A DNA stretch of 64,000 bases, taken from a virus. Its lineage: Duplodnaviria; Caudoviricetes. The position numbers were made by a program, and so were the translations under genes. Positions 9,071 to 18,949 of this stretch are shown in pieces; the first letter of the stretch is position 1; each line of letters begins with the position of its first letter. The stretch lies in the IMG/VR virus record IMGVR_UViG_3300037067_015585, positions 160,001-224,000 of that record. One strand, given 5' to 3'. Below the pieces are notes generated by a model. It ran no database searches and was not told where the DNA came from. It worked only from the letters and a program-made list of their open reading frames with translations.

Positions 9071-10420
9071 CTAGCGTGCAATTCCAGCAGACATACCATG
9101 TGCGATCATTTGTAGGCCGATTGTCTGCTCGCACTGCTTGATATCCTTAGACGTACATCCAAGGAATTTCGCCATTCTGTTCTTGTGCGGAATTCCCTGA
9201 TTAACACGTGGTGTATCGGGGAATTGTTTAACAAAATCTTGATAGATTGGCCCTGTCCCAATCAATAACTGAAAAACCGCTTGGCAAGTACCGTCTGGGA
9301 GACAGTCTTGTACGTGGCCTATTATTTCGCGTGCATCCAATGTGCTTGTGTTTTCTTCCAGCATATGCTGATCCTCTAATTGTGAGATAACATCGATCGG
9401 ATCGCCATCATCGTCGCGGCGACCAACGACATTGTTTACAATTTGAACTTCCGAATTTACTGACGCTGTAAATTCAGTGTACGAAGATTGCCCTTGCATA
9501 TTGCGCACTATTATTCGGTTCGAATCAATAACAACTTCACCACCAAGGGACACTAAGTGCTCCTTAATTTCCCAAAAACGTGGATAGAAGTCAGATGGTG
9601 ATATTAGCATTGGATCACAAGTTATAACATAGCAAGAGCAATTCAATGCTAATGAGTCGTTATGTTCTGGGTATCCATTATAAGTATGAAAAGCCTTCAA
9701 ATCAGATAATAGCAGATTGATTGCGTCTGCTGCAGTCTTATCAACGGGGCCAAACAATCCAACTGTATGCTTTTGATGCTTAGTTATTGGGTTTTCTAAT
9801 AATATCTGTCTGAAATAATTCCATATAAATGAGCCAAAGAATTTCTTCAATTGCTCTGGATCATTAAGTATTCTCTCTGGGTCTTCGATTTTCGCCGCAC
9901 CATGAGTCGCTATTATGCAGCTCTTTGTTGTCGGAGGATATTTGCACTCTCTTTGGAGACGCTCGACAACAAGCATGTATTCGTCTTGTGTTAACGGCGC
10001 ATTCTCTGTAAAAGTGCTATCACAAGGATCTGATATTAAGCAGCAATTGCAGACGGGACAGAAGTCAAAACATCTATTGAATTGAGTGACTCGACCGCTT
10101 TGACTTAGGAATGAAGTACTATGGCACAAAGAGCACTCAAAGGTATAATCAGTATGATATAGAAGATGTACCAAACCACGCCAAACCGCTATTTGAAATT
10201 CCTCTTGTGCCGCATTATTACTATCTCTGTAATCTGCGGCGATTGTCGATCCTAATTGGTAGATGAATTCTTGCTTGTGTCCAGCAAGAACCTCATGTTC
10301 TCCAACAGTAATCATTAATTCTTCTATTCTGGCCCGTTCCTCTTTTGTCAGATTTTTCATCGTGACATTGGCAAGCGATCCTCGCAAGAAGACTTCCGAA
10401 AGCTGTCTTACTTTTGGCAT
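9071..10420 (-). CDS. putative sigma-factor-like protein with Zn-finger insertion
   Basis: Region-2-like AAQEEFQIAVWRGL and FFGSFIWNYFRQIL separated by CSLC/CPVC; C-terminal HTH-like KNRMAKFLGCTSKDIKQ. Confidence 0.5.
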   Translation of the reverse strand: MPKVRQLSEVFLRGSLANVTMKNLTKEERARIEELMITVGEHEVLAGHKQEFIYQLGSTIAADYRDSNNAAQEEFQIAVWRGLVHLLYHTDYTFECSLCHSTSFLSQSGRVTQFNRCFDFCPVCNCCLISDPCDSTFTENAPLTQDEYMLVVERLQRECKYPPTTKSCIIATHGAAKIEDPERILNDPEQLKKFFGSFIWNYFRQILLENPITKHQKHTVGLFGPVDKTAADAINLLLSDLKAFHTYNGYPEHNDSLALNCSCYVITCDPMLISPSDFYPRFWEIKEHLVSLGGEVVIDSNRIIVRNMQGQSSYTEFTASVNSEVQIVNNVVGRRDDDGDPIDVISQLEDQHMLEENTSTLDAREIIGHVQDCLPDGTCQAVFQLLIGTGPIYQDFVKQFPDTPRVNQGIPHKNRMAKFLGCTSKDIKQCEQTIGLQMIAHGMSAGIAR

Positions 10421-10473
10421 ACAAACATTCCTTCGTGTGTATTAAAAAATCAGAAAATGAAAGGTAATTATTT

Positions 10474-11115
10474 ATGGCGAAATACTGCGACACACAAGTG
10501 CTAGAACGCAATTGGTTTGAATGGCTCGTTTCTAGCAATACTCCAGGCATTGAATCTCTACGTGCAAAAGGTGTGCTGTGGACTCTCATCATAGGAATGA
10601 TACCGAACAGTAAAATACAAGATCCGTGTTTCGAAACGCGACTCCATCGCATCATTCCTGGTAATATCCAATTTTGCACCGTTGGTGATGATGTAAGTTG
10701 GATAATGACAGGCAATTTTAACACAGAGCAAACGAAAGATCAAGGATATTATCTTGAACCTACAACATCCCAGTCTTGGCAAAATATGTTGCAAGACATT
10801 GCGAAGATGTGCAATGGTGTTGCTAGCAAGTTCAACCAGCAATCTGTAGAAGAAACAAACAATCTTGCTAGTGAGGCACTTGTTCAGGTTATAAGCAAGA
10901 TCGCTCGTGGCAAGCTGAAGTACACTCCAGGACGAGCACCTGTGTTCAATTTGTTGACTACAACAATCCATCGTTGTATCTATAGTGTGCTAAGTAAGGA
11001 TGCAAGGCAAAAAAAGAATTTCATCGCCTTTGCTGACAATCTGATCATCGAAGACTGCGATCGCCTGCTCACAAATAGAACAGGTTTGAGGTCTCGTGTC
11101 AATATAGATCATTAA
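10474..11115 (+). CDS. T4 gp55-like sigma factor (region 2 only)
   Basis: NLASEALVQVISKI..KYTPGRAPVFNLLTTTIHRCIYSVLSKDARQKK follows the gp55/sigma-2 pattern; no region 4. Confidence 0.6.
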   Translation: MAKYCDTQVLERNWFEWLVSSNTPGIESLRAKGVLWTLIIGMIPNSKIQDPCFETRLHRIIPGNIQFCTVGDDVSWIMTGNFNTEQTKDQGYYLEPTTSQSWQNMLQDIAKMCNGVASKFNQQSVEETNNLASEALVQVISKIARGKLKYTPGRAPVFNLLTTTIHRCIYSVLSKDARQKKNFIAFADNLIIEDCDRLLTNRTGLRSRVNIDH

Positions 11116-11189
11116 AAGAGCGATATATTGCCACATTCGCCACTGGAAAATATTTTAGATTTATTCCTATCTGGTGGGGATTAGCAACA

Positions 11190-12122
11190 ATGAATGTAAG
11201 TTTAAGAGTTAGACCGATCAATACCGTCAAGCACGAAATAGTTTTACCACGTGCTGCTCGATCTGTCGTTGTCAAACAGCAACGTTCTGTGACGAAGACT
11301 TTACGCGCAGTAATGCGAGCTAAGCCTACAATACAGATGCCGCAGCAGGTATACAAACAACCAGCAGTTACCCCAAAGAAGGGTGGTGTCGCAAGACAAT
11401 CGGTCGGCGTAAAGCCAACCGTCAAAATCATAACACGTGATCCGCCAGAAGCAAGCGTGAAAAAGATACGTGAACTACGTAATTCGTGTGTCGGAAGAAC
11501 ATTAGTTATTATAGGAAACGGCCCTAGCATTTTAGAAATCGATACGGCTTTGTTAGTTGGTAAACCATATATAGATATTATGTCTATAAATAAACCAGAC
11601 ATGAGGGTATGGCCCACAAAATATTGGTTGTTCTGTGATATTTCTCAATTGAAACGCCACCACGATTTATGGGATAATTATAATGGCTGCATCTTCAATT
11701 CTACTATGATTGCTGATTCCAGACCAGGCACTATATTTATAAAGAACAAACCTGGATTTGGATTTAGTTTAGATCTAACAAGCGGTTTTCATATTGGTAG
11801 GTCTAGTGTATATGCAGCAATGCAAGTATCTAATTGGCTTGGTTATGACAAAACCTATATTCTTGGTATCGATATGGGTGCTGTCAAAATAGATGGAAAA
11901 GAAACACTACATTTCTACGGTGTGAATCCAGATTGCCCAGTTGATAACCGAAAAAAGAGGTTCGAAGATGAAGTGAAATATTATGATGATGCAGCACACT
12001 CTTTGCCAGAAGAGATTAGGAAGAAATTCTATTTCTGCAGTTCATATAATAAATTCAGATTTCTAGATAGTTTTCACAGACTAGATCACAAACAAGCTAT
12101 CCAAGAGATTTGTAGTATTTGA
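11190..12122 (+). CDS. DUF115/MptE-like (sialyltransferase-like) protein with basic N-terminal extension
   Basis: LVIIGNGPSI, YWLFCD, SSVYAAMQ..WLGY..YILGIDM, HFY. Confidence 0.7.
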   Translation: MNVSLRVRPINTVKHEIVLPRAARSVVVKQQRSVTKTLRAVMRAKPTIQMPQQVYKQPAVTPKKGGVARQSVGVKPTVKIITRDPPEASVKKIRELRNSCVGRTLVIIGNGPSILEIDTALLVGKPYIDIMSINKPDMRVWPTKYWLFCDISQLKRHHDLWDNYNGCIFNSTMIADSRPGTIFIKNKPGFGFSLDLTSGFHIGRSSVYAAMQVSNWLGYDKTYILGIDMGAVKIDGKETLHFYGVNPDCPVDNRKKRFEDEVKYYDDAAHSLPEEIRKKFYFCSSYNKFRFLDSFHRLDHKQAIQEICSI

Positions 12123-12146
12123 GCTAAATTGAGGCGTAAATAATTT

Positions 12147-12764
12147 ATGCTGACTCAAGAAATAACTTGTCCATATTGCAATTCAGATTTCACAGCGGCC
12201 GTATGGGTCGATGGCAGTTGCGAGAAATGTGGTGGTAATTATTATTGGTCTATGGAATTCAATAATGATTTAACTGATGGATGGCACGCTATTGAGTGGG
12301 ATAGAAGTAGATCGATTTATATAGCTTCAACATTATCAAACTGGAAACGAGCCAGATCATTTATTGACTACTTTAAATCGTTTGATATACCAATAGCTTT
12401 TGATTGGACAATTTGGGGTGAAGAAATTTTTGCTACAAAAGCACCACGTGATCTAGACCCCGACTCATTGCGTGAGAAGGCTTTATGTGAATATAGTGGT
12501 GTATCAACTGCGTCTTATGTTCTCGTAATTATACCAACAGGATGTGGTACAAACTTTGAATATGGTGTTGCATATCAGAGATTGAAAGATGTTAATGCAC
12601 CCATAATTACTATATTAGATGAGACAGAGCCTACTACACCAATTAGCTTTCATTATCTTCCGGGCGTTCGAAGATTAGATAATGTCAAAATGGTTATATC
12701 AGACATCTTTAAACATTTTGACATTGACAGCAAAGATATAAATGTCGATCAATTAACGTGCTAA
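12147..12764 (+). CDS. Zn-ribbon plus nucleoside 2-deoxyribosyltransferase-like domain
   Basis: CPYC/CEKC, then IYIAS, DWT and GCGTNFEYGVAY. Confidence 0.6.
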   Translation: MLTQEITCPYCNSDFTAAVWVDGSCEKCGGNYYWSMEFNNDLTDGWHAIEWDRSRSIYIASTLSNWKRARSFIDYFKSFDIPIAFDWTIWGEEIFATKAPRDLDPDSLREKALCEYSGVSTASYVLVIIPTGCGTNFEYGVAYQRLKDVNAPIITILDETEPTTPISFHYLPGVRRLDNVKMVISDIFKHFDIDSKDINVDQLTC

Positions 12765-13018
12765 ACACAGTCTAACTACTGTGAAAGCAGCCAACGAGGT
12801 GCCTATGTTAGAACAGAACAAAATGCCATCAAAGCCGATAACGCCAGATGGTACAAAAAGCAAAAAGACATTTGCTGGCCCACACGGTGGTGGAACCGCT
12901 TATAATCAGCTTTCAGTTGGCAATAGCTTTGCCGTCCATGATTCGATTCCTGGGCACACCCAGAAGAAAAACGTCGAAATCATAAAGCCAAAATAGTGTT
13001 AGAGATAAGACGAGTAAA

Positions 13019-13057
13019 AACAAGAGCCGTCAGGTTCAAAGTCTGACGGCTCTTGTT
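13019..13057 (+). terminator. 15-bp stem hairpin, probable intrinsic terminator
   Basis: aacaagagccgtcag / ctgacggctcttgtt in an intergenic gap. Confidence 0.65.
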
Positions 13058-13120
13058 GTATAAACTACGAAGATAACGTTATGTATTTAAATAACGTCAT
13101 CTTCAAATAAAGGACATGCG

Positions 13121-13810
13121 ATGCTATACTATATAAGCCAAAAACTTGAATTAGATGTGATGCAGGCCAGCGAATTAAACGAAGCTATGGAAATGGCTCA
13201 CGTTTATAAGATGGGTGCTATTGTTGTTCATCCCGATTTAGTCTCAGACGCAGCAGTACAGCGTGCCAAAAGACAGGCAAAATGTCAAATCTTGACAACT
13301 GTTGATTGGCCGAAAGGAGACAAAACAGGAATAGCTAAGCTTCACAATATGTCCATCCATTCTCTATCATGTGATGGATTTGAAATAGCACTTGGCACAA
13401 AAACACAGGGCGAAACAAAGGCAGAAACGCTAGCTATTACAGAATTTATTAGGAAGCATCTACCACAAGTGCAAGAAATTAGGTTTGTGTTGGGTTGCCT
13501 GTCTAAAGAGCAAACCGATATAAACAATTTATGTTTGGCGATCAAAGAAATACCAGCGCCAAATTTGTTACGCACCGACATTAATTTGCGGTGTGCACAA
13601 GCGAAAGCGAATATTAGCGCACACAATGCATTATTAGATGCGATACATGTATGTATTAATAGACCAATTAAACTATGTGGCAATATTAATTCTGCTAAGA
13701 TAATAGCATCATGCAAGGCGCATAGGTATGGTGTCAGTTTAAAGCAAGCTCAAACTATAATAAAAGAGCTAAGAGAAAATCCAGCAAAAATCGAAAAGAT
13801 TTTCAAATGA
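13121..13810 (+). CDS. DeoC-like TIM-barrel aldolase, divergent
   Basis: TTVDWPKG (DeoC TVIGFPLG), IKLCGNI (VKASGGI), RYGVS (RIGTS). The Schiff-base Lys position appears to be Arg (LLRT). Confidence 0.6.
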   Translation: MLYYISQKLELDVMQASELNEAMEMAHVYKMGAIVVHPDLVSDAAVQRAKRQAKCQILTTVDWPKGDKTGIAKLHNMSIHSLSCDGFEIALGTKTQGETKAETLAITEFIRKHLPQVQEIRFVLGCLSKEQTDINNLCLAIKEIPAPNLLRTDINLRCAQAKANISAHNALLDAIHVCINRPIKLCGNINSAKIIASCKAHRYGVSLKQAQTIIKELRENPAKIEKIFK

Positions 13811-14013
13811 ATAGTAGTGCTATCAAAATTGGGATGTTGGTACGCATCTACAATCAAGAGCACATCTGGCACGACGAAATAGGTATTATTCGTGCTATTG
13901 GTAATGGATTTTGCAGGATTGAATTATTAGGTAAGCTTGTGTGGATGCCTAACCATTGGCTATTAGAAATAGAAGAGACTGAGAGTAATAGGTCCAATGA
14001 CGGGGAGAAATAA
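13807..14013 (+). CDS. small SH3/KOW-like protein
   Basis: IKIGMLVRI..GII...CRIEL pattern. Confidence 0.45.
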   Translation: MNSSAIKIGMLVRIYNQEHIWHDEIGIIRAIGNGFCRIELLGKLVWMPNHWLLEIEETESNRSNDGEK

Positions 14014-14359
14014 AATGATCGAATTCGACATCATTGACGAATTGGGTGATAACGCTGATTTATTAACAAAATCTGATACTTGGCTGTCGATATTGGAATC
14101 AAGACTAGGGCAGAAACTGACCTTTTTGCTGCATGACTTAGAACAGGTCCAGACAGCAATCAAAATTAAACAACGCCTACAACAAAATAATAGAGTCGCA
14201 GTGAAACGCCCTGCTCATAATGGCGCAATGTTAGGCGAAACCATCGAGATTATGTCGCTCCCAAAGGCGGTTAAGGTGGCCAACCAAACTAATTGCAATG
14301 ACCAGATCAATATATGGGCCGCTGATGGTTATGATATTGCAACTGTCCAAATGGTCTAA
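13997..14359 (+). CDS. hypothetical protein
   Basis: ORF in the same gene run. Confidence 0.55.
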   Translation: MTGRNKMIEFDIIDELGDNADLLTKSDTWLSILESRLGQKLTFLLHDLEQVQTAIKIKQRLQQNNRVAVKRPAHNGAMLGETIEIMSLPKAVKVANQTNCNDQINIWAADGYDIATVQMV

Positions 14360-14386
14360 TCCGTATTGTAAATAATGAATTAATAA

Positions 14387-14415
14387 TTACGGCGGCAGCA
14401 TCGTCGTGCTATAAT
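14387..14415 (+). promoter_or_regulatory. sigma70-type extended -10 promoter (class I)
   Basis: TTACGG-17 bp-TATAAT ending TCGTGCTATAAT; six copies in the window. Confidence 0.7.
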
Positions 14416-14436
14416 ATTCAACACACAGGAGATAGT

Positions 14437-15588
14437 ATGAGGAGTTTTCAAACAAATGCGACTGGTGGTATGGTCGTCGTCACAACAGATGGTGGGGCTG
14501 GTTCATCTGGCAAGGGATCTCTAAATTCTTGGCTAGCCGACAAACACGGCTTTCACCTGGCCACCAACAATTGGATGACAAATGCCGGACATTACACAGA
14601 GCTTGATGATGGCACTAGGATACTAGTCCAGCACATCCCATCTGCGTTTATTAATCCGAATACGCAACTATACATCAATGCTGGTGCAGCAATTGACTTG
14701 AAAACACTATTTAGCGAGGTCGCTAACCTAGAATCACTAGGATTCACTATTAGAGATAGGCTTACGATACACCCGCTCGCAAATGTGATTACTGAAGAGA
14801 ATAAACAGTATGAAAGAGAGACGATAAAAACTGGCAGTACATTCAAGGGTTGTGGTGCAGCAATAGCAGCCAAGGCTATGCGCCTTGAAAAACAAAGACT
14901 AGCAAGAGATTATGAAGAATTACATACATTCTGTACAATTAAAGATTTAACTATGGAGTTGAATCTTGGTGTTGCCCAAAGGGGAATGCGGGTATTAGTA
15001 GAGGGATCGCAAGGTATCGATCTCGACCTCAATTTTGCAGAATATCCATATTGCACATCACGCCAGACGCATCCGACGCAGCTTGTCGCTGATGCAGGGT
15101 TGCCTTGTCAAGCTGTTACAAATGTTATCATCAATCTGCGAACCAATCCAATTCGTATTAGCAATGAATCAGCGGCTACCGGCGAACAGTGCTATACTGG
15201 GAATTATTGGGAAGCTAAAGAGATCGGCTGGGAAGCCGTAGCAAAACAAGCGGGCTACGACAATTTTGACGAGTTTGTCGAAGAATACAAATACGCAATG
15301 ATGACATCTGTTACTAAGAAGGTCAGACGCATATTTGAATTCCCAGTAGAAAGAGTGAAATATGTCAACGCATTAGCTGGTGGTCTTTTACCTGCCAGCA
15401 ATCTGTTATATAGCCTTAATTTCATAAACTTTGTTGATCGAACTGTGAAGGGTGCTACGACAGTAAGAGAGGTAATGACGCCTAAGGTAAGACAATGGTT
15501 GGCCGATAACATTTTCGATGCAATTGATTATAGACAATTGCAATGGATAAGAACCGGCGCAAAACATAGCCAGATTGTTGAGTTATGA
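14437..15588 (+). CDS. purZ: adenylosuccinate synthetase family, PurZ-like
   Basis: GSSGKG (Ser replaces the PurA Asp), NAGH, EGSQG, YPYCTSR, SVTKKVRRI, NFIN in place of TKLD. Confidence 0.7.
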   Translation: MRSFQTNATGGMVVVTTDGGAGSSGKGSLNSWLADKHGFHLATNNWMTNAGHYTELDDGTRILVQHIPSAFINPNTQLYINAGAAIDLKTLFSEVANLESLGFTIRDRLTIHPLANVITEENKQYERETIKTGSTFKGCGAAIAAKAMRLEKQRLARDYEELHTFCTIKDLTMELNLGVAQRGMRVLVEGSQGIDLDLNFAEYPYCTSRQTHPTQLVADAGLPCQAVTNVIINLRTNPIRISNESAATGEQCYTGNYWEAKEIGWEAVAKQAGYDNFDEFVEEYKYAMMTSVTKKVRRIFEFPVERVKYVNALAGGLLPASNLLYSLNFINFVDRTVKGATTVREVMTPKVRQWLADNIFDAIDYRQLQWIRTGAKHSQIVEL

Positions 15589-16394
15589 GCATTAAATTAG
15601 CTGCCTATCTTGACGAAATTCACGACGATCCAGATAAAGCTGGTGAGGTGCTAGTATCAAAGAAGATCACTGGTGTCTGCTTACGTCGTGCCTGGTGCCG
15701 CGATATATCTAGTATGCCAGATAATGCAATAGGTATACTGGGCGGTATATTGTCGAAACACAACTTGACACCCGTTTTATTGCATACTGATATTGGTTGT
15801 GTCGATCCAGAAAAACTAGCTGCAGAAGAGCCAAAAATTGTAAGAGCTATGCAGATTTGCAAGTTCTTAAAATGCAGATCTATTCGTGTAGGATTTGGTA
15901 TATCAACAACAAAGAATGTCATAGAGCAAGTCCAATCATGGTCTTCTGCCGTTTCTAGACTTAGCATATCATATGATATGATGGTGCTCTTTGAACCAGA
16001 CAATAACAGCTATTATAATCAACCAGCTGCAGTTGCTATATTTCTTAATAAGCACAAACGAATCAATTTATTGTTCGATCCAGCGATGTTAGTAATGCAA
16101 TCGAAAATAAATCCATTTGTTAAATTCTGGTCACTTTTGAAATCGAGGGTCGATTCTATCGATATCCACGATTTCAAAAGTAGAGTCTCGGCGAAACCAG
16201 CTGGGATTGGCGATGCTCAACTTGATATTATTGTAGCTGATGCTATATCCTCAAATTTTACGGGGTGGTTTTGTTTAGAGCCTGGGCTCGGCAGACGCTA
16301 TGGTGATGCCACAACAAAAGAAAAAACATTCGAATGTGCTTTCGATGCATTCGAATCGCTATTAAAAAGAGTACAATTACCTAAGATACTTTAA
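15585..16394 (+). CDS. xylose isomerase/AP endonuclease 2-like TIM barrel
   Basis: AYLDEI, LLFDPA, IDIHD, G.GDAQL, FTGWFCLEP. Confidence 0.7.
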   Translation: MSIKLAAYLDEIHDDPDKAGEVLVSKKITGVCLRRAWCRDISSMPDNAIGILGGILSKHNLTPVLLHTDIGCVDPEKLAAEEPKIVRAMQICKFLKCRSIRVGFGISTTKNVIEQVQSWSSAVSRLSISYDMMVLFEPDNNSYYNQPAAVAIFLNKHKRINLLFDPAMLVMQSKINPFVKFWSLLKSRVDSIDIHDFKSRVSAKPAGIGDAQLDIIVADAISSNFTGWFCLEPGLGRRYGDATTKEKTFECAFDAFESLLKRVQLPKIL

Positions 16395-16403
16395 AGGATC
16401 GTT

Positions 16404-16622
16404 ATGGCAATAAATATCTCAGAAGCGATAATGGCTATGCGTAAAGCTGGTCCAAGGGGCATAAGAACGATGCCGATGCCAGGGCAGGATATCAATTCGG
16501 GGATGTATAAAATCGAAATTTTTCGTGGTGTTGGTCAATGGGATTGTCTGTTAGAAGGACTTCCAAAATCAACAGCGGAGAGCTTGATTAGTCAGGCAAC
16601 TTCTAGGGTGCTAATGGAATAG
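16404..16622 (+). CDS. hypothetical protein
   Basis: ORF with an AGGA RBS. Confidence 0.55.
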   Translation: MAINISEAIMAMRKAGPRGIRTMPMPGQDINSGMYKIEIFRGVGQWDCLLEGLPKSTAESLISQATSRVLME

Positions 16623-16979
16623 ATGAGTGAACAAACTGATGCTAGAATAGTGTGGCTTCGCGAAAGACTCGCTAAGAACTCATCGATCCCAGATTGCTTA
16701 GCCGAACTTGTTGGCGTATATGATTTTACTTCTAGAACTATAACAATATCTCTCGTCATCACAATAGACGGCACTGAATATAGAGCCGTCAGATGTCACG
16801 AACAAGTAGCTTTAGGGCAAGTCGACGATGAAATAGCCGAATTACGCATTATGCATCGCAATATGATTGCATACATGATACAGACCTACGGCAACGAAGA
16901 ATGGTCTGTTATTATTAGAAAATTTCTAAAATGGTCAACAAATCCGACGCACAAAGCAGTCATGCAGCGATGGGTTTAA
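16623..16979 (+). CDS. hypothetical protein
   Basis: Abuts the previous stop codon. Confidence 0.55.
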   Translation: MSEQTDARIVWLRERLAKNSSIPDCLAELVGVYDFTSRTITISLVITIDGTEYRAVRCHEQVALGQVDDEIAELRIMHRNMIAYMIQTYGNEEWSVIIRKFLKWSTNPTHKAVMQRWV

Positions 16980-17241
16980 CTTTTACGAGATTTTCTAACA
17001 GCTTTTGTAGCTTTCTTCTCTGATACTGGCTTAACTTGGTTGATTGTCTTGTTAACGACAATCCTCTGCTGTGCTGGCGAGCCAATAAAACCAGATCCAA
17101 ATAAAACGTTTGCAGGTCTCATAATTCAGTTCCGTCAGTTTGTTTATCACTACTTAAGAATGCTATTACACCACACTACAGTAAGGGGTTGTTGCAAAAA
17201 GAGTTCTGTGGTAAAATTTGTAGCAACGTATTTAATTCATC

Positions 17242-17625
17242 ATGCCAAAAACATCGTTAAAAACACCATTTTTCACTGTAACCTACAGTACAAAGAAATT
17301 GTTGTCTGTAGACGACGAAAACGGAATAAGTACATTGCCACTTTTTACGAAAGCTGAGACAGCAGAAAAGTATCGACGATATTTCGCGAGGCATTTTGAT
17401 TTGAAGTTGCAGGTCTGTATTGTCGACAAATTAATCAATGGGTTCAATTTGCTTGAATGTGCCTCTCTAGCTTGCAAGGATCTACAATATGTTGCTATCG
17501 ATCCGCAACCATCTCCAGAAGATATAAAATCGAAAGCGGTCCCAATTAAAACAGTAATCATGTCTCTTCTGAATCGGTGTCGGCGTCAAAAGGGGCATAA
17601 TCGTCAGAATCTTCGTAAGAAATAG
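17242..17625 (+). CDS. hypothetical protein (SseB-like LPLFT motif)
   Basis: TLPLFTKAETAEKY; GTATTT motif upstream. Confidence 0.5.
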   Translation: MPKTSLKTPFFTVTYSTKKLLSVDDENGISTLPLFTKAETAEKYRRYFARHFDLKLQVCIVDKLINGFNLLECASLACKDLQYVAIDPQPSPEDIKSKAVPIKTVIMSLLNRCRRQKGHNRQNLRKK

Positions 17626-17702
17626 GTACTTTCGGTGTGTTTTTTGGTTGGTCGTCAATCTCATCATCGAGAGGTATTTCCTCTTCTTCACCAATATAAT
17701 CC

Positions 17703-17948
17703 ATGCCTAATACTCCTTATCCAAGCTATCCACCTAATATGTCGGTTGTCACTAAAGTGGGTGGATTCGATCGCACTTGTCTTGTAGTTGATTTATATAC
17801 AGCTGAACCGTTAACGTCGGCACAGATAGCACTTATTGAGGACCAAATTGGATTGGTATTATCTAAAATGCAAATAATATATCGATCTGATGTCGTTGGC
17901 CCCAATAGGTTTATCACACCATTAAAAGCTGCTCTACGATTAAAATAA
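17703..17948 (+). CDS. hypothetical protein
   Basis: ORF preceded by CCAATATAAT. Confidence 0.5.
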   Translation: MPNTPYPSYPPNMSVVTKVGGFDRTCLVVDLYTAEPLTSAQIALIEDQIGLVLSKMQIIYRSDVVGPNRFITPLKAALRLK

Positions 17949-17983
17949 TTATTTCATAGTATTTAACAAAAAGAAGGAACGAC

Positions 17984-18670
17984 ATGCAAGTACGGCTAAT
18001 GACACCAAATGGAGATGTTTCGAGTGATACCTATGAAATAGTTGGGCCTGCAGACAGAAAAAATTGTGTTTTTGTGTCTGCGACGGATGGCGCAAATAAA
18101 GGTAAGCAGCTAAGAGTACATAAAGAACGGATATTACCAGAAAATGCACTTGGTAAATCTGTCGCAGTTGTGATCGGTGGCAAACTGAAAACGGTTTGCC
18201 CTACTTGCTCTAGATTTTTGATTGTAGATAAAAATATTGCCGAGTGCCCAGTTCACGGCAGAATAAAAATAACAAGTCACGAGCACTTAAACAATCCGGA
18301 CAGCACGTCCATAGTACAGCAGGAAACTAAAATGTCAAAGACAGACACGATTACCATGGTAGATTTCACAGTTGTCGCACAATACGGTGAATTGTGGACA
18401 AAGCAGCAGTTGAAATTCAGCGATCCGCACACTGACGTACAATCACACGTCTTGCTCGCAGACAATCCTTCACGTAAGTTGTGCTTCAATACTTACAACG
18501 GAGCACTCGGCAAGAAAAAATCGAATACAGACGAAGTGTTTATATCGCAGCTAGAAGCATTCAAGAATAATGTTGCCCCTGCTGTATCGGGGGCATCAGT
18601 CTATTCGTTGAAGGGCACTCTTGATGACGCCCGCAAGCGATTAGAGAAATCTGGCTACGCCAAGAAATAA
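17984..18670 (+). CDS. hypothetical Zn-ribbon protein
   Basis: CPTC...CPVH; AAGGA RBS. Confidence 0.6.
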   Translation: MQVRLMTPNGDVSSDTYEIVGPADRKNCVFVSATDGANKGKQLRVHKERILPENALGKSVAVVIGGKLKTVCPTCSRFLIVDKNIAECPVHGRIKITSHEHLNNPDSTSIVQQETKMSKTDTITMVDFTVVAQYGELWTKQQLKFSDPHTDVQSHVLLADNPSRKLCFNTYNGALGKKKSNTDEVFISQLEAFKNNVAPAVSGASVYSLKGTLDDARKRLEKSGYAKK

Positions 18671-18718
18671 TACACTACTAATAGTGCATTTGGTGCCAAT
18701 ACGACAAGGATTGTTATT

Positions 18719-18949
18719 ATGTTAGTATTATCTCGTAAGAAGAACGAGACTATTGTTATCGGAGATGACATCACCATCACCGTTGTAGAACTGCGTGGTG
18801 ATAAGGTGCGCCTTGGTATAGAGGCACCAAAAGATGTACCAGTTCATCGCCGCGAGATCTTCGACGCAATACATCGCGGAGACCCAAAGCCAGACTCAAA
18901 GCCAGATCCACAATTAGCAGTGATGGATAAGTGCATATTTGAAAATTAA
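18719..18949 (+). CDS. csrA: carbon storage regulator CsrA
   Basis: MLVLSRKKNE.IVIGDDI.ITVVE.RGDKVRLGIEAPK.VPVHRREI. Confidence 0.95.
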   Translation: MLVLSRKKNETIVIGDDITITVVELRGDKVRLGIEAPKDVPVHRREIFDAIHRGDPKPDSKPDPQLAVMDKCIFEN

